Assembly: GCF_024700885.2 (NCBI RefSeq)
Contig: NZ_CP117016.1
DNA length: 64,000 nt
From: Escherichia coli
GTDB taxonomy: Bacteria; Pseudomonadota; Gammaproteobacteria; Enterobacterales; Enterobacteriaceae
Direction: 5' to 3' (one strand)
Both the position numbers and the translations under genes were made by a program. This document shows positions 27,835-39,106 of the stretch, piece after piece. Positions within the stretch are counted from its first letter, which is position 1, and every line of letters starts with the position of its first letter. The notes beneath the pieces are model-generated. The model ran no database searches, was not told the DNA's origin, and saw nothing but the letters and a program-made list of their open reading frames with translations.

Positions 27835-27878
27835 AGACACGCTACCGCCCCTGGCTTTACAGCTACCAGAGCACTGCA
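27835..27878 (-). promoter_or_regulatory. JUMPstart element with ops site (RfaH loading site) for the O-antigen operon
   Basis: + strand cacgctaccgcc at 27838..27849 is the reverse complement of the ops consensus GGCGGTAGCGTG; the surrounding ~40 bp closely match the copy upstream of wza. Confidence 0.8.
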
Positions 27879-28134
27879 TGCATGCCTACGATGTAGCGAG
27901 CGTTACCCACTCGCGCTAAACCCGAAAAATTCAAACGCTAATTGTCTTACCAATCCGCTCTGGAAACAAGGAAAATCCTGGAAAACTTTGACTAAAATCC
28001 TATTGCTAACTCGTTGTTATTCTGATTGTTTATATAAAACAACGGCAGGAAAATTCGCAGCAAATTACTTTCGCCACGAATCTTCACTGCCGTTATAATT
28101 TTCTTATCAACCGTTACATTCGGTCAGATTTTCA

Positions 28135-29028
28135 TTATTCGCTTAACAGCTTCTCAATCCCTTTACGGAACTTCGCCCCTTCTTTCAGGTTGCGTAGTCC
28201 ATACTTCACAAATGCCTGCATATACCCCATTTTTTTACCGCAGTCGTAGCTGTCACCTGTCATCAGCATGGCATCAACGGACTGTTTTTTCGCCAGTTCA
28301 GCGATGGCATCAGTCAGCTGAATACGCCCCCATGCACCAGGCTGAGTGCGTTCAAGTTCCGGCCAAATATCTGCAGAAAGCACATAGCGACCAACGGCCA
28401 TGATGTCTGAGTCCAGCGTCTGCGGCTGATCCGGTTTTTCGATGAATTCAACAATGCGGCTGACTTTACCTTCACGGTCCAGTGGTTCTTTGGTCTGGAT
28501 GACCGAGTATTCAGAGAGGTCACCCGGCATACGTTTTGCCAGCACCTGGCTACGGCCCGTTTCATTGAAACGCGCAATCATGGCAGCAAGGTTGTAGCGC
28601 AGCGGGTCGGCACTGGCGTCGTCGATCACAACGTCCGGCAGTACCACGACAAATGGATTGTCACCAATGGCGGGTCGTGCACACAAAATGGAGTGGCCTA
28701 AACCTAAAGGTTCGCCCTGACGCACGTTCATAATGGTCACGCCCGGCGGACAGATGGACTGCACTTCCGCCAGTAGTTGACGCTTCACGCGCTGTTCAAG
28801 GAGAGATTCTAATTCATAAGAGGTGTCGAAGTGGTTTTCGACCGCGTTCTTGGACGCGTGAGTTACCAGGAGGATTTCTTTGATCCCTGCAGCCACAATC
28901 TCGTCAACGATGTACTGAATCATTGGCTTGTCGACGATCGGTAGCATCTCTTTGGGAATCGCCTTAGTGGCAGGCAACATATGCATCCCAAGACCCGCTA
29001 CAGGAATAACTGCTTTTAAATTCGTCAT
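28135..29028 (-). CDS. galF: UTP--glucose-1-phosphate uridylyltransferase-like regulatory subunit GalF
   Basis: Track ORF 28135..29040; start trimmed to [45 protein letters not shown]. Confidence 0.9.
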   Translation of the reverse strand: MTNLKAVIPVAGLGMHMLPATKAIPKEMLPIVDKPMIQYIVDEIVAAGIKEILLVTHASKNAVENHFDTSYELESLLEQRVKRQLLAEVQSICPPGVTIMNVRQGEPLGLGHSILCARPAIGDNPFVVVLPDVVIDDASADPLRYNLAAMIARFNETGRSQVLAKRMPGDLSEYSVIQTKEPLDREGKVSRIVEFIEKPDQPQTLDSDIMAVGRYVLSADIWPELERTQPGAWGRIQLTDAIAELAKKQSVDAMLMTGDSYDCGKKMGYMQAFVKYGLRNLKEGAKFRKGIEKLLSE

Positions 29029-29202
29029 TATTTCATCCACCTGTAAAATGGTTGCTGAATTATAGCTTGTTCGATTTTTTTCGCCAGCATCAATTACCCT
29101 GAATTGATTACTGAATTACTTGTGATGTTACGCCGCTTCGTTGTGGATTGCAGTAGCATTGTTCCTAAGTATGGCTCCATTTTTCCAGGAATGGTCGCAA
29201 AT

Positions 29203-30597
29203 CTACTCCCTCCGTTCTGGCAATCTAAAGTTAATCTTCTCCACATTAACAATATGGTGATTAATCCTGTCGATATCGACGGAGATTTGTCCTTTTTCAT
29301 TCACCGCATGAACATTTGCAAGAGACAGCAGTGTTTCTTTTTTCGCCATAAACACGCCGCGAACGTCTTTGCGCATGTCAAAGTTCATGCTCAATGCGGG
29401 TCCAACTGAGGATTCCTGCATCACATTGATATTTCGCATAAAAAGATGTTGCGGTTTGTTGTGTAACTCCAGCGACGCACGCTTCATCTCAATGTTAGTC
29501 AGCGCCACAAAGGAGACAGCATTCCCGGCGGAGATTTGGATGCCGCGCAATTTATAAGCAAGATGAGTATTATCCAGTTGAATATCATTCACTCGGAAAT
29601 TCTGCGGTATCGAGAGATATTTGCCTTTAATTACCCCATAGCCGATTAACATCCCGGCACTATTAATCATTTCAATATTATCAATCACAAAGTTGTCACA
29701 ACCATAAATAGCAACTGTGGCGTTATCAATACCTGCTTTCTTACTGAAATCCGGCGTGATATTACGAGCTTTGATATTACGGATAACAAAATGTTTACCA
29801 TTTTCAACATGGATCAGTTGCCGACAATCTGATCCCGTGATATTCGCAACGACAAAGTTTTTCACTGCCTGGTTTTCCGGATAATTATTATCGTAAGTAC
29901 TTCCTGCCAGTCCTATGCCAATACCCCAGTTGATTTTGCCGTTAGTACAGTTGATGCGCTCGATGACATGGTCGGATATCAAAATGTCGCGATCATTGAT
30001 TGCTACATTCCATTCAATGGCGTCGCCCTGTAAGTCGCTGAACTTACAATTGGTGATGTTGGCACCGATAATCTGGTTATGAAATCCCTGGCGTAAAATG
30101 GCGTAATTAGCGTGGCTGACGGTCAGGTTATCGATGGTCAAGTTGCGCATGACGCGTTTATTTTTGCCGCCGATATAAATCTGCGTTACCGGGCCAAAAC
30201 CGCTCATCGCCAACCCTTTGATGATGCAGTCAGAACCGCGCACATCCAGGGTGATGTTATGCATACGGCCGCCCTTCTCCCCTGTCACCTGGCTGCCGTC
30301 TTGTAAGACAAAACGCCCTCTGCCGTTGCCGCGCAGGCTTCCAAGGATGTGCAACGTTTTGCCAGGAGGAATGAAGATGCCGGTGTTGATATTTTCACAA
30401 ACGAATCCGGCAGGCACGACGACCGTTTGCCCTTCGCTGAAGGCTTGTTTAAATGAGGCGATCCAGTCGTGTGGGTTGTAGTCGTTAATGTTAACGATTT
30501 GTCGGGCGGGAAGTGCACGGGCGAAAGGGGTATGGAGGAAGGCAAGCGCCGAGCTTGCCGTCAGGAAGGTGCGTCGGGAGAGTTTTTTAAATGGCAT
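29203..30597 (-). CDS. wcaM: Colanic acid biosynthesis protein WcaM
   Basis: 464-aa ORF with twin-arginine-like signal ([21 protein letters not shown]); last gene of the wca cluster by synteny. Confidence 0.85.
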   Translation of the reverse strand: MPFKKLSRRTFLTASSALAFLHTPFARALPARQIVNINDYNPHDWIASFKQAFSEGQTVVVPAGFVCENINTGIFIPPGKTLHILGSLRGNGRGRFVLQDGSQVTGEKGGRMHNITLDVRGSDCIIKGLAMSGFGPVTQIYIGGKNKRVMRNLTIDNLTVSHANYAILRQGFHNQIIGANITNCKFSDLQGDAIEWNVAINDRDILISDHVIERINCTNGKINWGIGIGLAGSTYDNNYPENQAVKNFVVANITGSDCRQLIHVENGKHFVIRNIKARNITPDFSKKAGIDNATVAIYGCDNFVIDNIEMINSAGMLIGYGVIKGKYLSIPQNFRVNDIQLDNTHLAYKLRGIQISAGNAVSFVALTNIEMKRASLELHNKPQHLFMRNINVMQESSVGPALSMNFDMRKDVRGVFMAKKETLLSLANVHAVNEKGQISVDIDRINHHIVNVEKINFRLPERRE

Positions 30598-30607
30598 ACG
30601 TTCTCCT

Positions 30608-31828
30608 CTATAAAGCCTGCAGCAAGCTGGCGAGTTCTCGATTGATCACCTGCTGGTTAAAATCGTGTTCGACTTTTTCGCGCGCACGTTTGACAACCGT
30701 AGTAAGTTCGTCGGTGTCCAGTTGGCTAAACGCCGCCAGTCGTTGCGCCAGTGCACAGGCATCGTTCTCAGGCACCAGCCAACCGGATTTATCGGCCTCC
30801 ACCAGTTCCGGTATTCCGCTGTGCAGAGTAGAAACAACCGGAATGCCAACCGCCATCGCTTCCATTAGCGCCACCGGAATACCTTCCATATCGCCATCCG
30901 CACCTGTAACCGATGGCAACAGGAAGACATCCGCGTCATCGAGCATCGCTTTCACTTCATGGCTCGGTTTAAAGCCCGGCATCTCTATCACATCTTCCAG
31001 TTGATATTGTTCGATGAGGGTGCGCAGGCGTCGTTCCCACGGGCCAATGCCGAGGATGCGATAGCGAAATGCCACGCCCTGCTCTTTCAACTGGCGGCAG
31101 GCTTCAATCGCCACATGCAGGCCTTTTTTCTCGGTTAAGCGTGCGACGGAGATGATTTCCAGCGGCGTTGCGGGCGCTTTCACCGGACGCGGGCTAAAAC
31201 GCGTCATGTCCACGCCCATGCGCGATACGGCGATTTTTTCCCTCGGGCAGCCCATTTTTTGCAGCCTTCCGGCCCACAGATTGCTTATTGGTAACATCAG
31301 GTCGCCACGGCGAAACAGTTGTTGATATTCGGGAGTGTAGTGGTTGAGCACTTCCCGACTGGAGATATCAATACCGTGGAAGATAGTGGCAATTTTGCCG
31401 CGAATGACACCCAGTTCGCGTAGTTTTGCCGCGGTTACCCCAGCAGGGCCAAAATGAGCGATAAACACATCGGCATGAAACGGTGTTGCGACCTGGCCGC
31501 AAATGGCAGACAAAATCAGGTTCCGCGACTCAGCACCATAGCGTTTGAGGTTAAGCGCCTGCCAGGTATTTTTACGATGAATACCGCGCAACGTCTGGCT
31601 GGCGCGGTGGCGCAGTTTCGCCACTTTGCCTTGTGGCTCGTCCTGTAACCAGCGGGTTCTGGCGGCAAGGTTATATTTTGTCCATGCCGCGTGGGTGTTT
31701 TGTGTGTCGCCTTTTTGCAGCGCGACAATCTCCACCTCAAAGCCCATATCAATAAACGCGGTAATTTGATTGAGGACGAAGGTTTCCGACGACAGTGGAA
31801 ATTTCAGTAAAAAGAAGCCGACCTTCAT
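30608..31828 (-). CDS. wcaL: Colanic acid GT4 glycosyltransferase WcaL
   Basis: 406-aa [35 protein letters not shown]... Confidence 0.85.
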   Translation of the reverse strand: MKVGFFLLKFPLSSETFVLNQITAFIDMGFEVEIVALQKGDTQNTHAAWTKYNLAARTRWLQDEPQGKVAKLRHRASQTLRGIHRKNTWQALNLKRYGAESRNLILSAICGQVATPFHADVFIAHFGPAGVTAAKLRELGVIRGKIATIFHGIDISSREVLNHYTPEYQQLFRRGDLMLPISNLWAGRLQKMGCPREKIAVSRMGVDMTRFSPRPVKAPATPLEIISVARLTEKKGLHVAIEACRQLKEQGVAFRYRILGIGPWERRLRTLIEQYQLEDVIEMPGFKPSHEVKAMLDDADVFLLPSVTGADGDMEGIPVALMEAMAVGIPVVSTLHSGIPELVEADKSGWLVPENDACALAQRLAAFSQLDTDELTTVVKRAREKVEHDFNQQVINRELASLLQAL

Positions 31829-33105
31829 TTCGCCTCCCCGATGCGTTCAAGCACAGATTTCACCATCTGCATTCCCGTCTGACGTTCGCGACTGACGGCT
31901 TCGTTAAGTCGCGTGTTCAGTGCCGGAAGCTGGCCTAAGGTATCCGCAACCATCGCTTGCAGGCTGCCGTCTAATAAATGACGGATATCAATTGCCATCT
32001 CTGGTAGCCCCAGTTGTTGCATAATCCCGGCGGATTTATGTTCATAGTTGATGGCAATCGCCGGAGTGGCAAAGTTCATCGAGATAATGGCAGAGTGCAG
32101 GCGCGTACCGACGGTGAGTTCACAGGCCCCCAGAATTTTGCCCATTTCCAGATCGTTGAGTTCATCCATCACCACGTGGTAACGGGCAGGATCGCTGATG
32201 TGCTGGCGAAGATTGAGCGCCACCATGCGGTCGTCTTTGTTATAGCTGTCGATGCCCGTACAGGTGGAAAGCGCAATCACCTGATACCCTTCGTCGAGAA
32301 TGCGATTGACCACCCCGGCAAAGGCTTTTTCATACGCTTGCTGAGTGGTGCCGAGACGTTTGTCGAACGGTGCCAGTTCGCGCAGGGTAATTGCTACCGT
32401 TTTCTGTTGTGCGGCAACGTCCAGCCAGTGTTGAACGGCATAGCTGGCGGTGAAGTCTTCTGTGTGGTGATCGACCAGCCACGCAGTATCGACGCCATGT
32501 TCGACTTTTGCGGTGGTGATATTGCTGCGTTTCATCAGTTCAAGGCTGACCGATTCGCGCAGGATCAGCGCGTCGCAGTGACCAAAAACGTAGTTCGCCA
32601 GTTGGTTAAATTGCTCATCCTGGAATGGACCAACGCTGTGACCAATCATAAATAGCGGCTTTTTCGCCATGAAAGTGCAAAGCGCGTGTTCAAACTGCGG
32701 CACGCCGTAGAGATCGACAAAAAACGATCCGCCGACCTGAATAATGGCGTCGTAACCTGACAGCAGGCGCACGAAGTCAGTGAATCCCTGGGCGATGGCG
32801 ATATTACGCAGCTTGCCAGTGTCGGTGACGCGTGAGAGCAATACCTGATGCTGATAGCGGCGACGGAGGACTTTTTTAACGCGCCCGACAACGCCCGCCG
32901 CGCTGTTGTGTTTTTTCATTTGCAGGAACAGCGGATCGCCCATTACCGGGCGGTTGAGCAGCCAGGAAGAACTGACCGGATAGCGGCTCATCACGTCCAC
33001 TTCGGCGTGTGGATTGAGGATGTTGATGGCATCAAGTAAGCCGCGCAGGATGGCGCTGTCGCCACGATTGCCGCAAGTGTGGTTGCCCAGAATAAGTAAT
33101 TTCAT
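31825..33105 (-). CDS. wcaK: Colanic acid pyruvyl transferase WcaK
   Basis: 426-aa ORF MKLLILGNHTCGNRGDSAILRGLLDAINI... Confidence 0.85.
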   Translation of the reverse strand: MKLLILGNHTCGNRGDSAILRGLLDAINILNPHAEVDVMSRYPVSSSWLLNRPVMGDPLFLQMKKHNSAAGVVGRVKKVLRRRYQHQVLLSRVTDTGKLRNIAIAQGFTDFVRLLSGYDAIIQVGGSFFVDLYGVPQFEHALCTFMAKKPLFMIGHSVGPFQDEQFNQLANYVFGHCDALILRESVSLELMKRSNITTAKVEHGVDTAWLVDHHTEDFTASYAVQHWLDVAAQQKTVAITLRELAPFDKRLGTTQQAYEKAFAGVVNRILDEGYQVIALSTCTGIDSYNKDDRMVALNLRQHISDPARYHVVMDELNDLEMGKILGACELTVGTRLHSAIISMNFATPAIAINYEHKSAGIMQQLGLPEMAIDIRHLLDGSLQAMVADTLGQLPALNTRLNEAVSRERQTGMQMVKSVLERIGEAK

Positions 33106-33179
33106 TATGACCTCAAAAGGAGTTCTAAATTGCGTCGGTGCTATGGTTGATGATTAAGAGTTAAACCGGTGACATATTC

Positions 33180-33266
33180 AAAGCTGTGCTCGATCAGTCC
33201 CCTCGCCCCCTGGGGAGAGGGTTAGGGTGAGGGGGAAAATGCGCACGACCTTACGGGGATAGCCAT
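33180..33266. repeat. G-rich palindromic intergenic repeat (boxC-like)
   Basis: tcccctcgccccctggggagagggttagggtgagggggaaaatgcgcacgaccttacggggatagcc lies between wcaK and wzxC. Confidence 0.4.
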
Positions 33267-34745
33267 TCACCCCGCCCGTAAAAGCATTTTCATTTTTTCG
33301 CTGCGACAAAACTGACGCTTCACTTCCACCACCAGCGGATGGCGCGACAGCACAATCATCACCACAAACGCCAGCACGCCCGCGGCTATTTGCACCGCCA
33401 GCAGCATCCCCAGCGCCAGTTGCCCTTTCAGCAATAGGCCCAGCGCATAACTGACCACCAGTGTCGGCAGCGAGAGATAAAACGGCAGCCACAAACTCAG
33501 GATGTACTGACGATAACTGGAACCGAGCACCGGTTTAATCATCACGAAATAGCTCAGAATGGTGTTGATAATCTGCACCAGCAGGAAACCAAGCGTGACG
33601 CCGATTGCGCCCGCCATCTGCCCACCAATAACAATCGCCGGAATAAACATAAAGGTTTTGAATACGTTGAATTTAAAGCTGATATCGACCCGCGCTTTCG
33701 CCATCAGCAGCGAACCAATCGGGTTCCCCACTGAGCGCAGCAGCCCCACCACACACAGCAATTGCAGCACCGGAATAATGCTGTTCCACTTCTCACCAAA
33801 GACCAGCGGTACACAGTTATTCGACACCACCATCAGCCCCAGCAGCGCCGGAAAGTTGATAATCCCCACTACCGACAGCAGCTTGTAGAAGTTAACGCGC
33901 AGCTTTTCGGTGTCGTCCTGAATTTTGGCAAATGCCGGAAACAACACGCGGGTGATGATTGGGTTCAGCTTCATCGGCGGCACAACGGCCACGTTGTACG
34001 CCAGGTTGTATCCCCCTGCCACGCCCGCGCCGAGAATACGCGCCAGCACCAGCGTTGAAAGGTTGGTATTGAGATAGTTGATGATGCTGTCCGCCGTCAG
34101 CCAGGCACCAAAGCGTAAGTTCGGTGCCACCGACGCCAGCGAGAAATGCAGACCGGGGCGATAAATTTTGCGACCAAAGTAGCCAAACAGCAGCGTTCTT
34201 ACCGCACTATTGACCAGATAACCGAGGATCGCGGTCATCGCCAGTGGCCAGAAATGGGCGCTAACCACCGTAAAAGTGAAGCCCGCCAGCACCGCGCTGG
34301 TTTCGATCATGCCGATTTTGTTGAACTCCAGCTCTTTTTGCATCAACGCGCGGAACTGCTGTCCGTGGGGGATCACCACAAACGCCAGCGACAATGTTTT
34401 AATCAACGGTGCCAGGTCTGGGTTGTTCAGCACGTCACCAATGAGATCACTCAACAAAAACACCGCCACGCACACCACAAGCCCCAGCCCGACGTTCAGC
34501 CAGTACAACGTGGTAAGTTCCAGGTGACTGATTTCTTTTCGCTGAATAATCGAGTTAGCGATACCGAAGTCAGAAAGCGTATCTGCCAGCGCGATAATCA
34601 CCAGCGACACGGTAAGCAGGCCGAACTGGTGGTTGTCGATAATCCGCGCCAGCACGGTCATCTGCACCAGCCCGAGGCCGATGATGATCACCGTGGCAAT
34701 CGCCGACCACTTCGCGCCGCTGATGGTTTTTTCACGTAAGCTCAT
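33267..34745 (-). CDS. wzxC: Colanic acid repeat-unit flippase WzxC
   Basis: 492-aa polytopic membrane ORF MSLREKTISGAKWSAIATVIIIGLGLVQMTVLARI... Confidence 0.85.
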   Translation of the reverse strand: MSLREKTISGAKWSAIATVIIIGLGLVQMTVLARIIDNHQFGLLTVSLVIIALADTLSDFGIANSIIQRKEISHLELTTLYWLNVGLGLVVCVAVFLLSDLIGDVLNNPDLAPLIKTLSLAFVVIPHGQQFRALMQKELEFNKIGMIETSAVLAGFTFTVVSAHFWPLAMTAILGYLVNSAVRTLLFGYFGRKIYRPGLHFSLASVAPNLRFGAWLTADSIINYLNTNLSTLVLARILGAGVAGGYNLAYNVAVVPPMKLNPIITRVLFPAFAKIQDDTEKLRVNFYKLLSVVGIINFPALLGLMVVSNNCVPLVFGEKWNSIIPVLQLLCVVGLLRSVGNPIGSLLMAKARVDISFKFNVFKTFMFIPAIVIGGQMAGAIGVTLGFLLVQIINTILSYFVMIKPVLGSSYRQYILSLWLPFYLSLPTLVVSYALGLLLKGQLALGMLLAVQIAAGVLAFVVMIVLSRHPLVVEVKRQFCRSEKMKMLLRAG

Positions 34746-34746
34746 A

Positions 34747-36141
34747 TCAATATGCCGCTTTGTTAACGAAGCCCTTGAATACCGTCAGGAAAACGATTTT
34801 GATATCGAACCAGACGCTCCATTCGCGGATGTACTCAAGGTCGAACTCGACGCGTTTTTCCATTTTCTCCAGCGTGTCGGTTTCGCCACGCCAGCCATTA
34901 ATCTGCGCCCAGCCGGTAATGCCCGGTTTCACCTTATGGCGCAGCATGTAGCCTTCAATGAGCTGTCGATACTGTTCGTTATGCGCCACCGCGTGCGGAC
35001 GTGGACCGACAATCGACATCCCGCCAGTCAGCACATTGATAAACTGCGGCAATTCGTCCAGCGAGGTGCGGCGCAGAAAGTTCCCCACTTTGGTGACGCG
35101 CGGATCGTTCTGCGTCGCCTGAGTCACCACTTTGTCGTTCTCCATCACTTTCATGGATCGGAACTTCCACACTTTGATCGGTTTGCCATCCATGCCGTAG
35201 CGAGTCTGGCGGAAAATAACCGGCCCCGGTGAGCTCAGTTTCACCGCCAGCGCAATGCAGCACAGCACCGGGGAGATCAGCAGCAGGATAAGCGTCGCCA
35301 GCACAATGTCTTCCGCACGTTTGAGCAGGCGGTTAACCCCGGAAAGCGGCGTGTCATACAGCGGCACCACCGGTACGCCATTCATCTCTTCGAGGCGTGA
35401 ATGGAGAATGTTGAAGGTAAAGACATCGGGGATCAGCAGCACCGAACAGGTGGTGTCCGCCAGTTGATGGACCAGTTTTTTCACTCGCGCGCCGTCGCAC
35501 ATCTGCATCGCGATATAGACGTTATGAATCTTGCCCGCTTTCGCATCCTCGACCAGTTGTTGCAGATTGCCCGCCCAGTCGTTAGAAACGCCGCCCGGTT
35601 TTGGGTCGTGGTATACGCCCACCACTTCAAACCCTAACCACGGCTGATTACGGAAGCTCTCCATCAGCATTTGTCCGGCGGCTAAATCCCCCGCTACGGC
35701 GACCATGCGCTTGTTATAGCCATGATTACGCAGCCAGCCCGCCCCAATGCGAATACATGAACGGCAAACCACCAGTCCGATACTGGTCAGCCCATACCAC
35801 GCCAGCCAGATTTTCAGTTGCGTGTCGAAATCATTGTTGAACGCCACCAGTCCGGCGCTGAAAATCACGCTTAAGGTCCAGTTTTGTAGCAGCAGGGCAA
35901 ATTCTGTCGCTGCCCGAACACCGCGCCATGAGCGATAAAAATCGGTGATGCCGCCCAACATCTGGAACACCACCAGCGTAATCAGCGCCACCAACAGGTG
36001 CATGTAGAGGAATGACAGTCCGCTCACTTCGCAAACCAGCCATAGTCCGGCAAACATGATGGTGATATCTGAAAAGCGTTGCACCATAGAGATTAACGAT
36101 GCATTGGTTTTCGCTCGCTCGCGCTTTTTTAGATTTGTCAT
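34747..36141 (-). CDS. wcaJ: UDP-glucose:undecaprenyl-phosphate glucose-1-phosphate transferase WcaJ
   Basis: 464-aa ORF with the C-terminal sugar-transferase domain (...SIVGPRPHAVAHNEQY...). Confidence 0.9.
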   Translation of the reverse strand: MTNLKKRERAKTNASLISMVQRFSDITIMFAGLWLVCEVSGLSFLYMHLLVALITLVVFQMLGGITDFYRSWRGVRAATEFALLLQNWTLSVIFSAGLVAFNNDFDTQLKIWLAWYGLTSIGLVVCRSCIRIGAGWLRNHGYNKRMVAVAGDLAAGQMLMESFRNQPWLGFEVVGVYHDPKPGGVSNDWAGNLQQLVEDAKAGKIHNVYIAMQMCDGARVKKLVHQLADTTCSVLLIPDVFTFNILHSRLEEMNGVPVVPLYDTPLSGVNRLLKRAEDIVLATLILLLISPVLCCIALAVKLSSPGPVIFRQTRYGMDGKPIKVWKFRSMKVMENDKVVTQATQNDPRVTKVGNFLRRTSLDELPQFINVLTGGMSIVGPRPHAVAHNEQYRQLIEGYMLRHKVKPGITGWAQINGWRGETDTLEKMEKRVEFDLEYIREWSVWFDIKIVFLTVFKGFVNKAAY

Positions 36142-36195
36142 CGTTGTTCCTGTTATTAGCCCCTTACCCGCAATGGGGTAAGGGAAGATCCGACA

Positions 36196-37566
36196 TTACT
36201 CGTTCAGCAACGTCAGCAGAGTTCGCGTTCGCGCTTCCATCAGCGGCACATCACCGCGTGATTCCACATTCAACCGCACCACCGGCTCGGTGTTGGAGGA
36301 GCGCAGATTAAAGCGCCAGTCGGCAAAGGTCATGCTGATGCCATCGGTGCGATCCACCGCCAGCGCCTCGCGGCTAAAGTGCTGTTCCACGCGGTTAATC
36401 GCCTCAACGGGTTGTGCCAGTTTGCTGTTGATCTCACCGCTTGCCGGAAACGCCGCCATCCGGTCGCGCACCAGTTCGCCCAGCGTTTTTCCTTTCAGGC
36501 ACACCAGTTCGGCGACCAGCAGCCACGGGATCATGCCGCTGTCGCAGTAAGCGAAATCACGGAAGTAATGGTGGGCGCTCATTTCGCCACCGTAGATAGC
36601 ATCTTCCTTGCGCATACGTTCTTTAATAAAGGCGTGTCCGGTTTTCGACATTACCGGGGTGCCGCCTGCGGCAGTCACCACATCAACGGTGTTCCAGGAG
36701 AGACGTGGATCGTGGATGATCTTCGCGCCGGGATTTTTTTCGAGGAACGCTTCTGCCAGCAGGCCGACAATGTAGTAGCCCTCGATAAACTGCCCTTTTT
36801 CGTCAAACAGGAAACAGCGGTCAAAATCGCCATCAAAGGCAATGCCCATATCCGCGCCGTGTTTGATGACCGCATTGCGGGTGTCGTCGCGGCATTCCGG
36901 CAGTAGCGGGTTAGGAATACCGTTGGGGAAATTGCCGTCCGGCGTGTTATGCACTTTGATTAACTCCACCGGTGCGCCGAGGGCTTTAAAGCGGGCTTCG
37001 ATGGCGTCCACCACCGGACCCGCCGCGCCATTCCCGGAGTTAATCACCAGCTTGAGCGGCGTAAGTTTTTTGACGTTGATATAACCGAACAGGTGATCAA
37101 CGTAAGCGTCACGCAGATTGATTTGCTGATAGCGACCGCGTTTGGTTTCATCGACGGGAGGAAAGTCGTTGGCTTCTGCCAGACGCTGGACATCGCGCAG
37201 TCCGGTATCGCCGCTGATCGGGCGAGCCCCTTCGCGCACCAGCTTCATGCCGTTGTAATCCATCGGGTTATGGCTGGCGGTAACTTCGATGCCGCCATCC
37301 ACGCCGAGATGGAACGTGGCGAAATAGATTTCTTCTGTGCCGGACATACCGATATCCAGCACATCGACGCCCGCATCCTGTAAACCTTTCGCCAGCGCCA
37401 GTTTTAAGGTTTCGCTGGTGAGGCGGACATCACCGCCTAACACAATGGTTTTCGGTTTGAGAAATTCGCCATAAGCGCGACCAATGCGCCAGGCAATATC
37501 TTCATTCAGTTCTTCGCCTAATTTTCCGCGAATATCATAGGCTTTAAAGCAGGTTAATTTTTTCAT
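36196..37566 (-). CDS. cpsG: Phosphomannomutase
   Basis: Track ORF 36196..37614; start trimmed to [39 protein letters not shown] active-site motif present. Confidence 0.9.
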   Translation of the reverse strand: MKKLTCFKAYDIRGKLGEELNEDIAWRIGRAYGEFLKPKTIVLGGDVRLTSETLKLALAKGLQDAGVDVLDIGMSGTEEIYFATFHLGVDGGIEVTASHNPMDYNGMKLVREGARPISGDTGLRDVQRLAEANDFPPVDETKRGRYQQINLRDAYVDHLFGYINVKKLTPLKLVINSGNGAAGPVVDAIEARFKALGAPVELIKVHNTPDGNFPNGIPNPLLPECRDDTRNAVIKHGADMGIAFDGDFDRCFLFDEKGQFIEGYYIVGLLAEAFLEKNPGAKIIHDPRLSWNTVDVVTAAGGTPVMSKTGHAFIKERMRKEDAIYGGEMSAHHYFRDFAYCDSGMIPWLLVAELVCLKGKTLGELVRDRMAAFPASGEINSKLAQPVEAINRVEQHFSREALAVDRTDGISMTFADWRFNLRSSNTEPVVRLNVESRGDVPLMEARTRTLLTLLNE

Positions 37567-37667
37567 ATCGTTACCCTTTTTCAGGCAATAGTTGGCCCTG
37601 ACCGAAACGGCCAATTTTGTTTTTGTCGTTATTTACCGGAGAATTAATCCAGTTGATTATTCAACGG

Positions 37668-39104
37668 CTACACCCGTCCGTAGCGATCGGCGAAGCGCAC
37701 CACATCATCCTCTTCGAGATAAGAGCCGGAGCGAACTTCAATTAAATCGAGCGGAATTTTCCCCGGGTTTTCCAGGCAATGCGTCGCCCCCAGCGGAATA
37801 TAAATGGACTCGTTTTCACCAAGCAGTTTGATATCACCGTCGATAGTGACTTTTGCCGTTCCCGCAACAACCACCCAGTGTTCCGCACGGTGATGATGCA
37901 TCTGTACCGACAAGCCTTCGCCCGGTTTCACGGTGATGCGTTTCACCTGGTAGCGGTCGCCCGCGTCGATAGAGTCATATTTGCCCCACGGACGATACAC
38001 TTCGCGATGCACCCGATGCTCATGGCGACCATCAGCTTTGATCTGCTCGACCACTTTTTTCACATCCTGCACCGCATTACGGTCGGCAATCAGCACTGCA
38101 TCTTTGGTCTGCACTACCACCAAATCTTTCACCCCGACGGTGGTGACCAGGCCAGATTCGGCGTACACATAGCTGTTTTCAGTTTTGTGATTAATCACAT
38201 CGCCGTGGCAAACGTTGCCCTCGGCGGTGTGGGCGCTGATCTCCCATAATGAAGACCAGGAACCGACATCGCTCCAGCCCGCATCCATCGGCACCACAAC
38301 GGCATCTGCCGTGCGTTCCATGACCGCGTAATCTACCGACTCTTCCGGACAGGCGAGAAACGCCTCTTCATCCACACGAATAAAATCGAGATCCGGATCG
38401 ACGGCGCTCATCGCTTTTTCACAGGCATCGAGAATATCCGGACGATACTTTTTCAGTTCTTCGAGATAGCGTCCGGCACGGAACAGGAACATACCGCTGT
38501 TCCAGTAATATTCGCCACTTGCCACATAGGCCTGCGCGGTTTCCAGATTCGGTTTTTCGACAAACTGCGCCACTTCAAAGGCCACCGCATCCTGCTCACC
38601 CGCCGACACTTCACCGCGACGAATATAGCCATATCCGGTTTCAGGTAGATCCGGCACAATGCCGAAGGTCACCAGCTTGCCCGCTTCGGCATACGGCATG
38701 GCATTACGCACGGCGGCACGGAACGCGTCTTCATCGGCAATCACATGATCCGCCGCCAGCACCAGCATTAATGGGTCGTTCTCCGGGCTATGACGTTTTG
38801 CCGCCAGCGCCGCCAGCGCAATGGCCGGTGCCGTGTTTCGCCCTGCCGGTTCGAGAATAATGTTCTCGGTGAGTTTATTCAGTTGACGCAGCTGTTCCGC
38901 GACAATAAAGCGGTGCTGCTCATTGCAAATCACCACCGGGCTTTCGCACTCCACGCCGTTCAGGCGGCAGATGGTGGTTTGCAGCATGGTGAGATCGCCT
39001 TTCAGGCATAAAAACTGCTTGGGGTAAAGTACGCGGGAAAGCGGCCATAAGCGGCTACCGGAGCCACCTGCCATCACAACTGGATAGAGTTTCGACTGCG
39101 CCAT
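37668..39104 (-). CDS. cpsB: Mannose-1-phosphate guanylyltransferase
   Basis: 478-aa [35 protein letters not shown]... Confidence 0.9.
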   Translation of the reverse strand: MAQSKLYPVVMAGGSGSRLWPLSRVLYPKQFLCLKGDLTMLQTTICRLNGVECESPVVICNEQHRFIVAEQLRQLNKLTENIILEPAGRNTAPAIALAALAAKRHSPENDPLMLVLAADHVIADEDAFRAAVRNAMPYAEAGKLVTFGIVPDLPETGYGYIRRGEVSAGEQDAVAFEVAQFVEKPNLETAQAYVASGEYYWNSGMFLFRAGRYLEELKKYRPDILDACEKAMSAVDPDLDFIRVDEEAFLACPEESVDYAVMERTADAVVVPMDAGWSDVGSWSSLWEISAHTAEGNVCHGDVINHKTENSYVYAESGLVTTVGVKDLVVVQTKDAVLIADRNAVQDVKKVVEQIKADGRHEHRVHREVYRPWGKYDSIDAGDRYQVKRITVKPGEGLSVQMHHHRAEHWVVVAGTAKVTIDGDIKLLGENESIYIPLGATHCLENPGKIPLDLIEVRSGSYLEEDDVVRFADRYGRV

Positions 39105-39106
39105 AA

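Noticed and set aside
29094-29409. Small ORFs between galF and wcaM (68 aa and 101 aa)
   Set aside because: Overlap the wcaM 3' end and galF promoter region; no coding signal.
32014-32655. 213-aa + strand ORF
   Set aside because: Antisense shadow ORF inside wcaK.
33178-33492. 104-aa - strand ORF (Gly/Ala-rich)
   Set aside because: Spans the G-rich intergenic repeat and the wzxC 3' end in another frame; low-complexity translation.
34146-35232. Two ~197-aa + strand ORFs
   Set aside because: Antisense to wzxC and wcaJ; no independent coding evidence.
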